Below, in pieces: positions 48,831 through 58,514 of a stretch of DNA of 64,000 nt. This DNA comes from a bacterium (GTDB lineage Bacteria > UBA8248): contig OY843592.1 of the NCBI GenBank assembly GCA_963692865.2, positions 2,272,001-2,336,000 on the forward strand. The letters run 5' to 3'. A program made the translations under genes and the position numbers. Within the stretch, counting starts at the first letter, position 1. Every line of letters starts with the position of its first letter. A model generated the notes under the pieces. The model had not been told where the DNA came from. It saw only the letters and a program-made list of their open reading frames with translations, and ran no database searches.

Positions 48831-49613
48831 TTGTCTTGGTTACGTCAAGGTGTCCTGAGTTTATCTGATTATGGAATCGCCTATTGCGAGGCTGGCCCAC
48901 AGGTTTCAAATGGCGTCGTCGTATGTATTCATGGGGCGGGTGGGAATCGGGATAGCTGGATTCCCTTGATGCGGCATCTGGCGGAACGGGGTGTGAGCAG
49001 TCTGGCCCTGGAGTTGCCCGGGCACGGCGAATCCGATGCAGCCCAAATCTCGGATATCAACGAATACAGCCGAATTGTTCTTGAATTCTTAAAAGCCAGG
49101 AAATTGAAATCGGTTTATCTGACCGGCCATTCAATGGGGGGCGCCGTAGTTCTTGCAAGTGTTATGTCGCAAGCCGAGTTGTTAAAGGCTGTGATTCTGA
49201 TTGGCTCCGGCGCGAAACTGAGGGTGAGAGATTCAATCTTAGAGGGTGTCAAAAGCGATTTTGTTAAAACCGTGGATGAAATCATCGGTTATGCTTTCGC
49301 TCCCACAGCGGAGCCATCTCTGATCCGTGAGAGCTCTCGAAGTCTTTTGCGATGCGATGCGAATACTCTGCGCCATGATTTCCTGGCGTGCGATCGATTC
49401 AACGTCCTTTCCGAATTGGAATCTATCTCTGCTCCCACTCTGATCCTGTGTGGGGAAGATGATCTTTTAACGCCCCCAAAATATTCACAATTTATGTCCG
49501 AGAAGATTCCAAATGCGAAATTATTCATTCTTCCGGAATCTGGTCACATGGTGATGTTGGAGCAACCGGAGATAGTGGGGGGGGTAATCTCCCAGTTCGT
49601 TAACGATTTTTAG
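48831..49613 (+). CDS. alpha/beta fold hydrolase
   Basis: IHGAGG, LPGHG, GHSMGG, GHMVMLE. Confidence 0.9.
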   Translation: MSWLRQGVLSLSDYGIAYCEAGPQVSNGVVVCIHGAGGNRDSWIPLMRHLAERGVSSLALELPGHGESDAAQISDINEYSRIVLEFLKARKLKSVYLTGHSMGGAVVLASVMSQAELLKAVILIGSGAKLRVRDSILEGVKSDFVKTVDEIIGYAFAPTAEPSLIRESSRSLLRCDANTLRHDFLACDRFNVLSELESISAPTLILCGEDDLLTPPKYSQFMSEKIPNAKLFILPESGHMVMLEQPEIVGGVISQFVNDF

Positions 49614-49663
49614 GCCCCTTCGAAAACCAAGCATCGCTTCGTCTAAATCTGGTTTTTAGAAGC

Positions 49664-50524
49664 ATGAAAATTCCCGTGTATTTCTATTTGTTTGTAGGGG
49701 TCATGGCTCTTGGTTGTTCCGCCATTCTCATACGATTGGCGGATGCCGAACCTTTGGCGATAGCGGCATACCGCATGGGCGGCGGCGCTTTGTTGTTGCT
49801 GCCGTTTACAAGAAAAAACATTATGGGTGCATGGGATGCTTTATCGTTCAGAGAGAAGATGGTTTGGATGGGTTCCGGCATATTCCTGGCGTTTCACTTT
49901 GCGTTTTGGATAGAGTCGCTGTCGCACACGTCCGTCGCAAGTTCCGTTGTGCTTGCAACGACCAACCCCATATTCGCAGGTGTCGGCGGTATCGTTCTTT
50001 TGGGAGAAAGGGAAGGGCGGAATTTCTGGCTGGGTGTAATGCTGGCGATTGGAGGCAGCGCCATTTTGGCATATTCCGACTTTGTGGGTCGGGCAGATAG
50101 CTTCTGGGGAAATTTTCTTGCATTGTCTGCGGCTGTGATGGCTTCCGCCTATATGCTATGCGGACGAAAGCTGAGAAGAAAAATTCCCGTGGCGACATAC
50201 GTGACGATGTGTTATGGACTCAGTGGGGTTTTGCTTTTCTGCGCCGCCTTGATTCTGGGGCAACCTCTCGGCGGATATTCTCACGATACCTGGTTGCTCT
50301 TACTTGCAATGATACTTGGCCCGACACTGATCGGTCATACCTCCGTTAACTATGCTTTGGGGCATTTGTATCCAGGAAAAGTGGCGCTTGCCGTTGTGGG
50401 AGAACCATTAGTGGCTACGGGATTGGCTTGGTGGCTGCTCCAGGAGGTTCCTACCTCGAGTCGGTTCTTCGCTTGTTCTATTATATTGGTTGGTATCGTA
50501 TTAGGCGGAAGATCAAAAAGTTAA
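49664..50524 (+). CDS. DMT/EamA family transporter
   Basis: IAAYR, HF.FWIESL.HTSVASS, PTLIGH, EP. Confidence 0.9.
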   Translation: MKIPVYFYLFVGVMALGCSAILIRLADAEPLAIAAYRMGGGALLLLPFTRKNIMGAWDALSFREKMVWMGSGIFLAFHFAFWIESLSHTSVASSVVLATTNPIFAGVGGIVLLGEREGRNFWLGVMLAIGGSAILAYSDFVGRADSFWGNFLALSAAVMASAYMLCGRKLRRKIPVATYVTMCYGLSGVLLFCAALILGQPLGGYSHDTWLLLLAMILGPTLIGHTSVNYALGHLYPGKVALAVVGEPLVATGLAWWLLQEVPTSSRFFACSIILVGIVLGGRSKS

Positions 50525-50726
50525 CATTTTCTTTTCTTGTGGTTTGGATATGCATTGGTTGCCTTCGAATGGTTGGAACAATAGGAAATGAAGGTCTCGA
50601 CGGCTTCATGAGTAAAAACGAAAATTGCGATTGTCCTTTTGGGTAGCATTCACCTCTAGTTCATCATGCGGAAGCGAGAGTTCTGTCTCATACCTTACGC
50701 CGAAGAGCCATGCGGGGCGATAAATA

Positions 50727-51272
50727 ATGACTTCGAGTGTCAGATTATGCGTGTTGGCGGATACACATGGTCGCCTTGCGCGAGAAGTGGTCGAGTTTTG
50801 TCAAGGCGCAGACCACATTCTTCATGCGGGTGATGTGGGTTCTGATTTTATTTTGCCGGAACTCGAGAACATTGCCCCTGTCAACTGTGTTTTGGGAAAC
50901 GTGGATGCGCCTGGTCTGGCGCCCTTGCGCTCGAAGACCGTTATAGCAGGCTGGCGGATTATGATTCAGCATATTGCCTGGGACAAGGGAGGACCATCCA
51001 GGGAATTACAGAAGTGTCTGCAAGGTGAGGCGATGGATTTAGTGATCTTCGGTCATTCCCATCAACCGCTTTGCCGAATGATAGGCAAGACCGTGTTTTT
51101 CAATCCCGGTAGTTGCGGCCCGAGGAGATTCGCTCTGCCCACAACGGTTGGCGAAGTGATTCTCGACGCTTTCGGCGGGTGGTTTCGAATATCCGAAATC
51201 GCTCATATAAAAAATGCGCCACCTCTCATTGAATTTCGATTTGCTCGGCCTCGCTTCTCGCATGAAGGCTGA
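50727..51272 (+). CDS. YfcE-like metallophosphoesterase
   Basis: DTHG, HAGD, GNVD, GHSH, NPGS. Confidence 0.9.
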   Translation: MTSSVRLCVLADTHGRLAREVVEFCQGADHILHAGDVGSDFILPELENIAPVNCVLGNVDAPGLAPLRSKTVIAGWRIMIQHIAWDKGGPSRELQKCLQGEAMDLVIFGHSHQPLCRMIGKTVFFNPGSCGPRRFALPTTVGEVILDAFGGWFRISEIAHIKNAPPLIEFRFARPRFSHEG

Positions 51273-51285
51273 TTTATATTTTTTA

Positions 51286-51315
51286 TTGCATACAAATCCA
51301 GAGTAGGGCTATAGT
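51286..51315 (+). promoter_or_regulatory. putative sigma70 promoter of ispH
   Basis: TTGCAT-N18-TATAGT. Confidence 0.4.
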
Positions 51316-51377
51316 ATGAGACTGTGAATGTAGGAATGACCATATTTCATTTTGCATTGTGCGGAGGGGAAGTGTCA

Positions 51378-53096
51378 TTGAGAGTCAAATTGGCTAAGAC
51401 GGCTGGTTTTTGTTGGGGGGTGGAAAGAGCACTCGATATCGCCTTGGATACGGCCAATGACACATCAAGCGACGTTCTTACGCATGGGCCGTTGATTCAC
51501 AATCCCCAGACGGTGGAATTGCTGGAGCAGAAAAGCGTTTTTGTTTCCGATCCTCAGAATACGCCAGGCAATACGAGTCTGGTCGTCATTCGAGCGCATG
51601 GCATCTCGCCGCAAGTTCGCGACCGCCTGAGAAATTCAGGCGCCGGCATTAGAGATGCGACATGCCCACTGGTCGCTAAAGTGCACGGAGTCATCAGAAA
51701 ACATTCCCGCATGGGCGCTTTCACGGTGATCATCGGCGAGGAAGGTCACCCGGAGGTGGATGGTCACAAGGGCTACGCGGAGGCCGGTAGCCATTTGATA
51801 ACGTGCATGGAAGATGTATCCGGACTACCGGACATCGGCGACCGCCCCGTCGTAGTGGTCGCGCAGACGACAATCAACATGCGCGAGTGGAAAGATGTGG
51901 AAGAAGCGATTTTGCGGAAATACCCCCAGGCCCAAATGTTCAATACGATTTGCGATGCGACAGAGGTTCGTCAGGAAGAGGTGAAGAAACTGGCGCCCGA
52001 TGTCGATCTGATGGTTGTCGTCGGAGGCCGTAACAGCGGTAACACGAACCGTTTGGTGGAAGTGGCGAAGGAGGGAGGCGCGGATTCGATTCTCATCGAA
52101 ACCGAGGATGAGATTGACGAGAAATTCTTGCAGAAGTACAAAAACATCGCTGTTACGGCGGGGGCCTCTACGCCGGATTGGATGATCAGGCGCGTTGTCA
52201 ACCGAATCGAGGCGATTCCAGACCCGAATCCCCATATCGCGGATAAGATTTTTGACATTCTAAAGGTATTGGCGAGAGCAAACGTGCTTCTTTTCCTGTC
52301 CGCGCTACTGGGCAGTATCGCCATCACAAAATTAGGTGGTTTTCCCCTCTCGATGAAACTTGCCTTAACGGCGGGGCTTTATCTCTTCGCCGCCCATACG
52401 ATAAATCGCTGCGTCAGTTATGAGGCGGATAGGTACAATGAGCCCAATCGAGCTCATTTTTATGAAAAACACAGGCCTATATTGTTGTCCCTGGCCGGGG
52501 TCGCCGCTTTGGTATCCATCGGGTTCGGCGTCAGTATCTCCTACTTGACGGGGGGTATTATGGTGGCCGGTTTGGTTTGGGCCATTTTTTGCAGCTTGAA
52601 GCTCGAACCTCGCGTACTCGTAGGGCGGGTGATGAATTTCCCGGCTTTGAAGATTCTCGTTCTTGCATCGGGCTGGACTTTCAGTTTGGCGGTTTTACCC
52701 GCGTTGGCGAGTTATCAATACATTTCCCCTGGCTGGGTGGTATCGATTTTCGTCGCTTTCGGTTTGATCTTCTTCCGAACCGGCTTGATGGAGTTAAGAG
52801 ACATTCAAGGCGATAGAATCGTGGGCAAGAGGACGTTACCGATTGTTTTCGGGAAAGAACAAACGGAAGCGCTTATGGGAACAATCTGTGCCGCATTGGC
52901 CGTCGCTCTTGTGAGCGCTTGCATAAACGGATGGGTGGCTCCGTTGTTTGGCTATGTGATGCTTGTTCCGGTCATTTACGCGGGAGCGTGTTTGTACTTG
53001 TATATCCGAAAGATACTGGGTCATAGTGGACTTATGGAAGTAGCCACCGATCAGATATTTATCGTTGCTGGGGTTTTGGCCTTCTTTGTGGTGTAG
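51378..53096 (+). CDS. ispH: HMBPP reductase IspH fused to a UbiA-like prenyltransferase domain
   Basis: GFCWGV, DATCP, HPEV, NTICDAT, SGNT, TAGASTP; C-terminal multi-TM domain with ELRDIQGD..VGKRTLP. Confidence 0.92.
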   Translation: MRVKLAKTAGFCWGVERALDIALDTANDTSSDVLTHGPLIHNPQTVELLEQKSVFVSDPQNTPGNTSLVVIRAHGISPQVRDRLRNSGAGIRDATCPLVAKVHGVIRKHSRMGAFTVIIGEEGHPEVDGHKGYAEAGSHLITCMEDVSGLPDIGDRPVVVVAQTTINMREWKDVEEAILRKYPQAQMFNTICDATEVRQEEVKKLAPDVDLMVVVGGRNSGNTNRLVEVAKEGGADSILIETEDEIDEKFLQKYKNIAVTAGASTPDWMIRRVVNRIEAIPDPNPHIADKIFDILKVLARANVLLFLSALLGSIAITKLGGFPLSMKLALTAGLYLFAAHTINRCVSYEADRYNEPNRAHFYEKHRPILLSLAGVAALVSIGFGVSISYLTGGIMVAGLVWAIFCSLKLEPRVLVGRVMNFPALKILVLASGWTFSLAVLPALASYQYISPGWVVSIFVAFGLIFFRTGLMELRDIQGDRIVGKRTLPIVFGKEQTEALMGTICAALAVALVSACINGWVAPLFGYVMLVPVIYAGACLYLYIRKILGHSGLMEVATDQIFIVAGVLAFFVV

Positions 53097-53110
53097 GATT
53101 CACCTCGTTA

Positions 53111-53145
53111 TAAAAAGCCGTGCTCTTTTGAGCGCGGCTTTTTTG
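53111..53145. terminator. intrinsic terminator between convergent genes
   Basis: aaaaagccgtgctc-tttt-gagcgcggcttttt. Confidence 0.8.
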
Positions 53146-53179
53146 TTAGGGGGAGTGGGTTTTAAAGCTATACTTGTTT

Positions 53180-53500
53180 TTAATTTCCCCGCGCGGCTCG
53201 TTTCGAGGCTTTCAGCGGGTTTAGTTTCTTTTCCAGGGGGGCTTCAAAGTCTAGTTTGATATGTGTCGCCAGAGGGCACCTGCCGCGCTCCCAACGATTT
53301 TCCGGATTGGGGAATTTGGAGCAGAATTTTCCTTTCGGAAACTCCAAGATGTGTTCACATGCTTTTTCGTCATCACCCGAAAGACATTCCTCCACGACGG
53401 GGAAGCAGGAACTCCCGTTGTATAAGCATTTATTTTGGCCATTGGAGCCTTTCGATGCAAAATAACATTCTGTAGGTGCTTCTAAAAGCGTACACTCCAT
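53180..53500 (-). CDS. PxxKW-family cysteine-rich protein
   Basis: C-rich pattern, P.PENRW..G.CPLATH, KKLNPLKASKR. Confidence 0.75.
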   Translation of the reverse strand: MECTLLEAPTECYFASKGSNGQNKCLYNGSSCFPVVEECLSGDDEKACEHILEFPKGKFCSKFPNPENRWERGRCPLATHIKLDFEAPLEKKLNPLKASKRAARGN

Positions 53501-53808
53501 TTCTGAATTCCCCCACGGAAAATGAATAAAGCGCTTAAATTCAACCAGAACACGAAAGATTTCGCAAAAAAGTTTATGGAAAAGCCCTGCATCACGCAAC
53601 CTTCTGACGATGCGATTCGGTGGAATCCTCGAGATTCACCAAACACCCGACATTGTTAATGTTCTCCATGTAACACCATGGAAACATAAGTGGTGTACAC
53701 GCAGTGGTTGGGTTATTCAGGAGCGGGTATTCGTCAGGTTTATTGATTGACGACCAACCACTGCGTGTTATAGTCGATGGAAACCATCCCATTGGAACTT
53801 TCACTTGA

Positions 53809-54165
<357 letters not shown>

Positions 54166-54177
54166 CGATATCTTCCG

Positions 54178-56919
54178 ATGACGCCATCTCTTAAATGTTT
54201 GTTAAAACTTCAAAACGATATTCGGGATTCAATTCTTGCTGTCAGCGATTGGGAGCGAAGCGTTTTTCTCCGCCATATCAAGGAGGCTTACACGCAGGCC
54301 GGAGAGTACGTATGCAATGCGCAGCATGAGGGTGCGGGCGGATATGAGTTATGTGAAGCGCATGCGCGTTTTATGGATGCGTTTATTGAGCAAGTCTATG
54401 CGTACGCTTCGGAAGGGGAAAAGAAAAAATCTGCCAATGCCAATCAGGCGTTTCCATGTGCTTTGGTTGCTATTGGTGGATATGGGCGGGGGGAGTTGTC
54501 TCCCGGTTCGGATATCGACCTGTTGTTTTTGTTTTCGGGGCATGAGGGGCAGATCAGCGAATTGATACGCTCCGTCCTGTATCTGATGTGGGATGCAGGC
54601 CTTACGATAGGCCACAGCGCCAGAACGATTTCCAATTGCCTGAAAATCGCGAAGGAAGATTACCAAAGTGAAACCGCCATGCTGGAAAATCGTTTGTTGG
54701 CGGGTAGCGAAGAGGTTTTCCGGGATTTCAACAAGAAATTCGATAGTTATATCCAACGTGTTGCAAAAAGTTCGCATCTTCGAAATCGGTTGGAAGAGCG
54801 AATGAGGCGATATCGATCATGGGACCCGTCAGTCTATGTCCTTGAGCCGAACGTGAAAGAAAGCGCTGGGGGCTTGCGGGATTTTCATGCCGTTTGCTGG
54901 TTGGCCAAGGCTTTCGGTCTAAAGGAAATGGACGAGATTTGGCGTAAGGGTTGGGTGCCGCGAGCAGAGTTCGAAAAGGCGACGAAAGCTTATGATTTTC
55001 TTCTTCGTATTCGAGCTCAACTGCATATACGCGCAAAAGCCAAAAACGATATGCTCAACTTTCCGGCTCAGTCGGAGATTGCTCCTGCACTAGGTTATGA
55101 AGATGAAGAAAGCGCATTGGCTAGTGAATGTTTGATGCGTGATTACTTCTTGCATGCGAGAGATCTGCATATTTTCTGCCGTGATTTTTTTGAAACGCTG
55201 GAAGACCATTTGAAGAGCAGAAGATGGGTCAACAGAAAACCCAAGCTCCAGGTCCTTGAAGATGGATTGGCTTTGCAGGACTACCATACGCTCGTTCTGG
55301 ATGAGGCCAATCCAGAAGCAGTCCTTGAAAATCCTACGGGCCTGATGAAGATATTCGAGTGTCAATATCGTTTCGGGTGTCGCTTATCACCAAATATAAG
55401 AAACTTTGTTCGATCACACCTGGATACTGTCGATGACAATTTTCGCGCTTCTCCCGATGTGAGAGACAGTTTCTTACGGATATTGAGCGGCAAGGCCGGT
55501 GTGACGACCACGATGCACGAAATGCACGGTCTCGGTCTTTTGGGGCGTTATATCCCCGAGTTCGAACCTCTGACGTGTTTTGTCCAGTATGATCATTATC
55601 ATCGATATACGGCAGATGAACATACTTTGTTGACGTTGGCGGCGTTGGATGAGCTCACATATACGAAAGATGTGGCCTTGCAACAAGTGGCCCATATCCA
55701 TAGAGAGATGGAGCGAACCAACATTGTGAGGCTTGCACTTTTGTTTCACGATATCGGAAAGGCAAGAGGGCCGAGACATGTGCACAAAAGCTCGTCTGCG
55801 CTTCCCAATATCATTATGCGTATGGGTCTCCCGGCGGATCAGGGGAGCATCATCGAATTTTTGGTGGCTTGTCATATTGAAATGAGCATCACGGCTGAAA
55901 GACGTGATATCGACGATCCTGTCTTGGTCAGTAATTTCGCCGATAAAATGGAGACGGTGGAAAGGCTCCAAATGCTTTATCTCTTGACATATGCGGATAT
56001 ATCCGCCGTAGCTCCCGGTATATGGAATGAATGGAGAAGCGCTTTAATCTACGAATTGTACAAGCGAGTGCTCAGGGTAATGGAAACAGGCGAGGATTTG
56101 TACAGGAAAAAGCGCAGGGAGGATATCGTAGAGCAAGTAAGTTTAGAAGCGAGGGCAGGGGGAAGCCGGATAGGGCGGGAGGAAATCGCCGGACACATGG
56201 AATCCATGCCTGATAGATATCGCACCGGGACTCCACCGCAAGACATCCTGCGCCATATCGAACTCGGGTCTCGTCTTTCAGATAAAACAGTATGCGAGAT
56301 TGATATCACGCATCGCAGAAGACGGGGAAATACGCTTTTGACGTTATTGTGCAAGGATCAGCTTGGTTTGTTTGCACTGGTCGCAGGAGCATTTGCAGTG
56401 TACGAACTCAACATTTTGGACGCGAAAGTATATACACGCGAAGATGGTTTGGTAATAGATACGTTTGAGGTAGTAGATTCTGAGGGAAAGGCCGTCGTTG
56501 ATGAAGGTCTTTGGAAAAATTTCCGCAAATCGCTGGAGCAGTTGCTGTCGGGCGAATTGGAATTATTGGAATTGCTGGGCAAGAGCAAAAAATATCTCCG
56601 CTTGAAGAAACGCATGTCGTTTGATCTGCCGATACTGGTAGAATTCGATCAAACTGCGAGTGAGGATGCGACGGTTCTGGAAGTCGTTGCGCCGGATAGA
56701 CACGGCCTTCTGGCGCAGATTGCGCAATTCTTTGCGCATGAGGGGATATCCATCTCCCGAGCTAAAATTACCACAGAGGGCCAATGCGCGGTGGATGCTT
56801 TCTATATCACGGACGATAACGGCCAAAAAATTGAAGATACGACCAGACTCAAGGAGTTGTGTGGGCATCTTAGCGAGATTCTTGAGGAAGGGCGCCCGGT
56901 TGGCGCCATCGTGTCATAA
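54178..56919 (+). CDS. glnD: [protein-PII] uridylyltransferase
   Basis: AIGGYGRGEL.P.SDIDL, EPNVKESAGGLRD, HDIGK, two C-terminal ACT domains. Confidence 0.95.
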   Translation: MTPSLKCLLKLQNDIRDSILAVSDWERSVFLRHIKEAYTQAGEYVCNAQHEGAGGYELCEAHARFMDAFIEQVYAYASEGEKKKSANANQAFPCALVAIGGYGRGELSPGSDIDLLFLFSGHEGQISELIRSVLYLMWDAGLTIGHSARTISNCLKIAKEDYQSETAMLENRLLAGSEEVFRDFNKKFDSYIQRVAKSSHLRNRLEERMRRYRSWDPSVYVLEPNVKESAGGLRDFHAVCWLAKAFGLKEMDEIWRKGWVPRAEFEKATKAYDFLLRIRAQLHIRAKAKNDMLNFPAQSEIAPALGYEDEESALASECLMRDYFLHARDLHIFCRDFFETLEDHLKSRRWVNRKPKLQVLEDGLALQDYHTLVLDEANPEAVLENPTGLMKIFECQYRFGCRLSPNIRNFVRSHLDTVDDNFRASPDVRDSFLRILSGKAGVTTTMHEMHGLGLLGRYIPEFEPLTCFVQYDHYHRYTADEHTLLTLAALDELTYTKDVALQQVAHIHREMERTNIVRLALLFHDIGKARGPRHVHKSSSALPNIIMRMGLPADQGSIIEFLVACHIEMSITAERRDIDDPVLVSNFADKMETVERLQMLYLLTYADISAVAPGIWNEWRSALIYELYKRVLRVMETGEDLYRKKRREDIVEQVSLEARAGGSRIGREEIAGHMESMPDRYRTGTPPQDILRHIELGSRLSDKTVCEIDITHRRRRGNTLLTLLCKDQLGLFALVAGAFAVYELNILDAKVYTREDGLVIDTFEVVDSEGKAVVDEGLWKNFRKSLEQLLSGELELLELLGKSKKYLRLKKRMSFDLPILVEFDQTASEDATVLEVVAPDRHGLLAQIAQFFAHEGISISRAKITTEGQCAVDAFYITDDNGQKIEDTTRLKELCGHLSEILEEGRPVGAIVS

Positions 56920-57001
56920 CAAAGCCTGAGGGGCTGAACAAATCTTGGTTTTGTGTCGATAATTTTTCGCAAAACCGCAATTCCGCATGGAGGTGTAACA
57001 G

Positions 57002-58414
57002 ATGGTTGAAGATGTTTTGAAGCTGGCTAAGGAAAGTGGCGCCAAAATGGTTGACTATCGGTTCATAGATATGCCTGGGATGTGGCAGCATTTTTCAGCA
57101 CACATCGATACGCTTGAGGAGGATACCTTCGAGGAAGGTGTGGGCTTCGACGGTTCGAGCATTCGGGGATTTCAAAGCATCGATCAGAGCGACATGATTC
57201 TCATTCCAGATCCCACGACCGCTTTCATCGATCCGTTTATGAAAATCCCGACCCTGGTCCTCATCTGTGACATCAAGGATCCGGTAACGCTTGAGCTTTA
57301 TGATCGCGACCCCCGTCATATCGCCATTAAAGCGGAGCAATACATGAAGTCTACGGGCATAGGGGATGTCGCTTATTTCGGCCCCGAAGCCGAGTTTTTC
57401 GTGTTCGACGATGTGCGCTATTCGGGTTCGGAAAATCATGCTTTCTACGAGGTTGATTCGTCTGAAGGCGCCTGGAACACGGGCACTAACGAAGATCCGA
57501 ACCTCGGCCACAAGAACCGCTATAAAGAAGGCTATTTCCCCGTGCCGCCCAACGACACGCTCCAGGATGTTCGCTCGGAAATGATGCTGACAATGCTGGA
57601 TTGTGACGTGGAGTGTGAAGTGCACCACCATGAGGTGGCCTCCGCCGGGCAATGTGAAATCGATATTCGGTTCGATACTTTGGTGACCACGGCGGATAAG
57701 CTGATGAAGTACAAATACATCGTCAAGAATGTGGCGAGAAAACATGGAAAGACGGCGACCTTCATGCCGAAACCCGTTTTCCTCGACAACGGCACCGGCA
57801 TGCACACCCACCAGAGCATTTGGAAGGATGGCGCCAACATCATGTATCGTGCGGGAACTTATGGCGATCTTAGTCCGGATGCGCTTTACTATATCGGCGG
57901 TTTGTTAAAGCATGCGCCTGCATTGTTGGCTTTCACCAACCCGACAACGAACAGTTATCGCCGTTTGGTGCCGGGCTATGAGGCGCCTATCAACCTGATA
58001 TATAGCTGCCGCAACAGAAGCGCCTGCGTCCGCATTCCGATGTATTCTTCAAGTGAGAAGGCCAAGAGGGTGGAGTTCCGTTGCCCCGACCCCTCATGTA
58101 ACCCATATCTGGCCTTCGCCGCGATGTTGATGGCGGGCCTGGACGGGATACAGAATAAAGTCATGCCGCCGGAGCCTATCGACAAGAATCTCTACGATCT
58201 CGAACCTGAGGAGAAGGGCAACGTGCAACAGACACCCGGAAGCTTGCCCGAGGCTTTGGATGCACTCGAGGCAGACTATGAGTTCCTGTTGAAAGGCGAC
58301 GTGTTTACAAAGGATGTCATCGACAACTGGATCGAATATAAGCGGGTAGAGGAAGTGGATGCGGTTCGCCTGCGTCCGCATCCTCACGAATTTCACCTCT
58401 ACTATGACATCTAA
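57002..58414 (+). CDS. glnA: type I glutamine synthetase
   Basis: [29 protein letters not shown], adenylylation site DKNLYDL. Confidence 0.97.
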   Translation: MVEDVLKLAKESGAKMVDYRFIDMPGMWQHFSAHIDTLEEDTFEEGVGFDGSSIRGFQSIDQSDMILIPDPTTAFIDPFMKIPTLVLICDIKDPVTLELYDRDPRHIAIKAEQYMKSTGIGDVAYFGPEAEFFVFDDVRYSGSENHAFYEVDSSEGAWNTGTNEDPNLGHKNRYKEGYFPVPPNDTLQDVRSEMMLTMLDCDVECEVHHHEVASAGQCEIDIRFDTLVTTADKLMKYKYIVKNVARKHGKTATFMPKPVFLDNGTGMHTHQSIWKDGANIMYRAGTYGDLSPDALYYIGGLLKHAPALLAFTNPTTNSYRRLVPGYEAPINLIYSCRNRSACVRIPMYSSSEKAKRVEFRCPDPSCNPYLAFAAMLMAGLDGIQNKVMPPEPIDKNLYDLEPEEKGNVQQTPGSLPEALDALEADYEFLLKGDVFTKDVIDNWIEYKRVEEVDAVRLRPHPHEFHLYYDI

Positions 58415-58452
58415 ACTTCGGCGGCACCGATTCTGAAAAGCCGGGAACAACG

Positions 58453-58495
58453 AACCCCTCGAGTAGATTGTTCGCTCGAGGGGTTTGCTGTTTTA
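58453..58495. terminator. intrinsic terminator after glnA
   Basis: aacccctcgag-N11-ctcgaggggtt followed by a T-rich tract. Confidence 0.7.
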
Positions 58496-58514
58496 TTAGA
58501 GTGAATGATTCATT

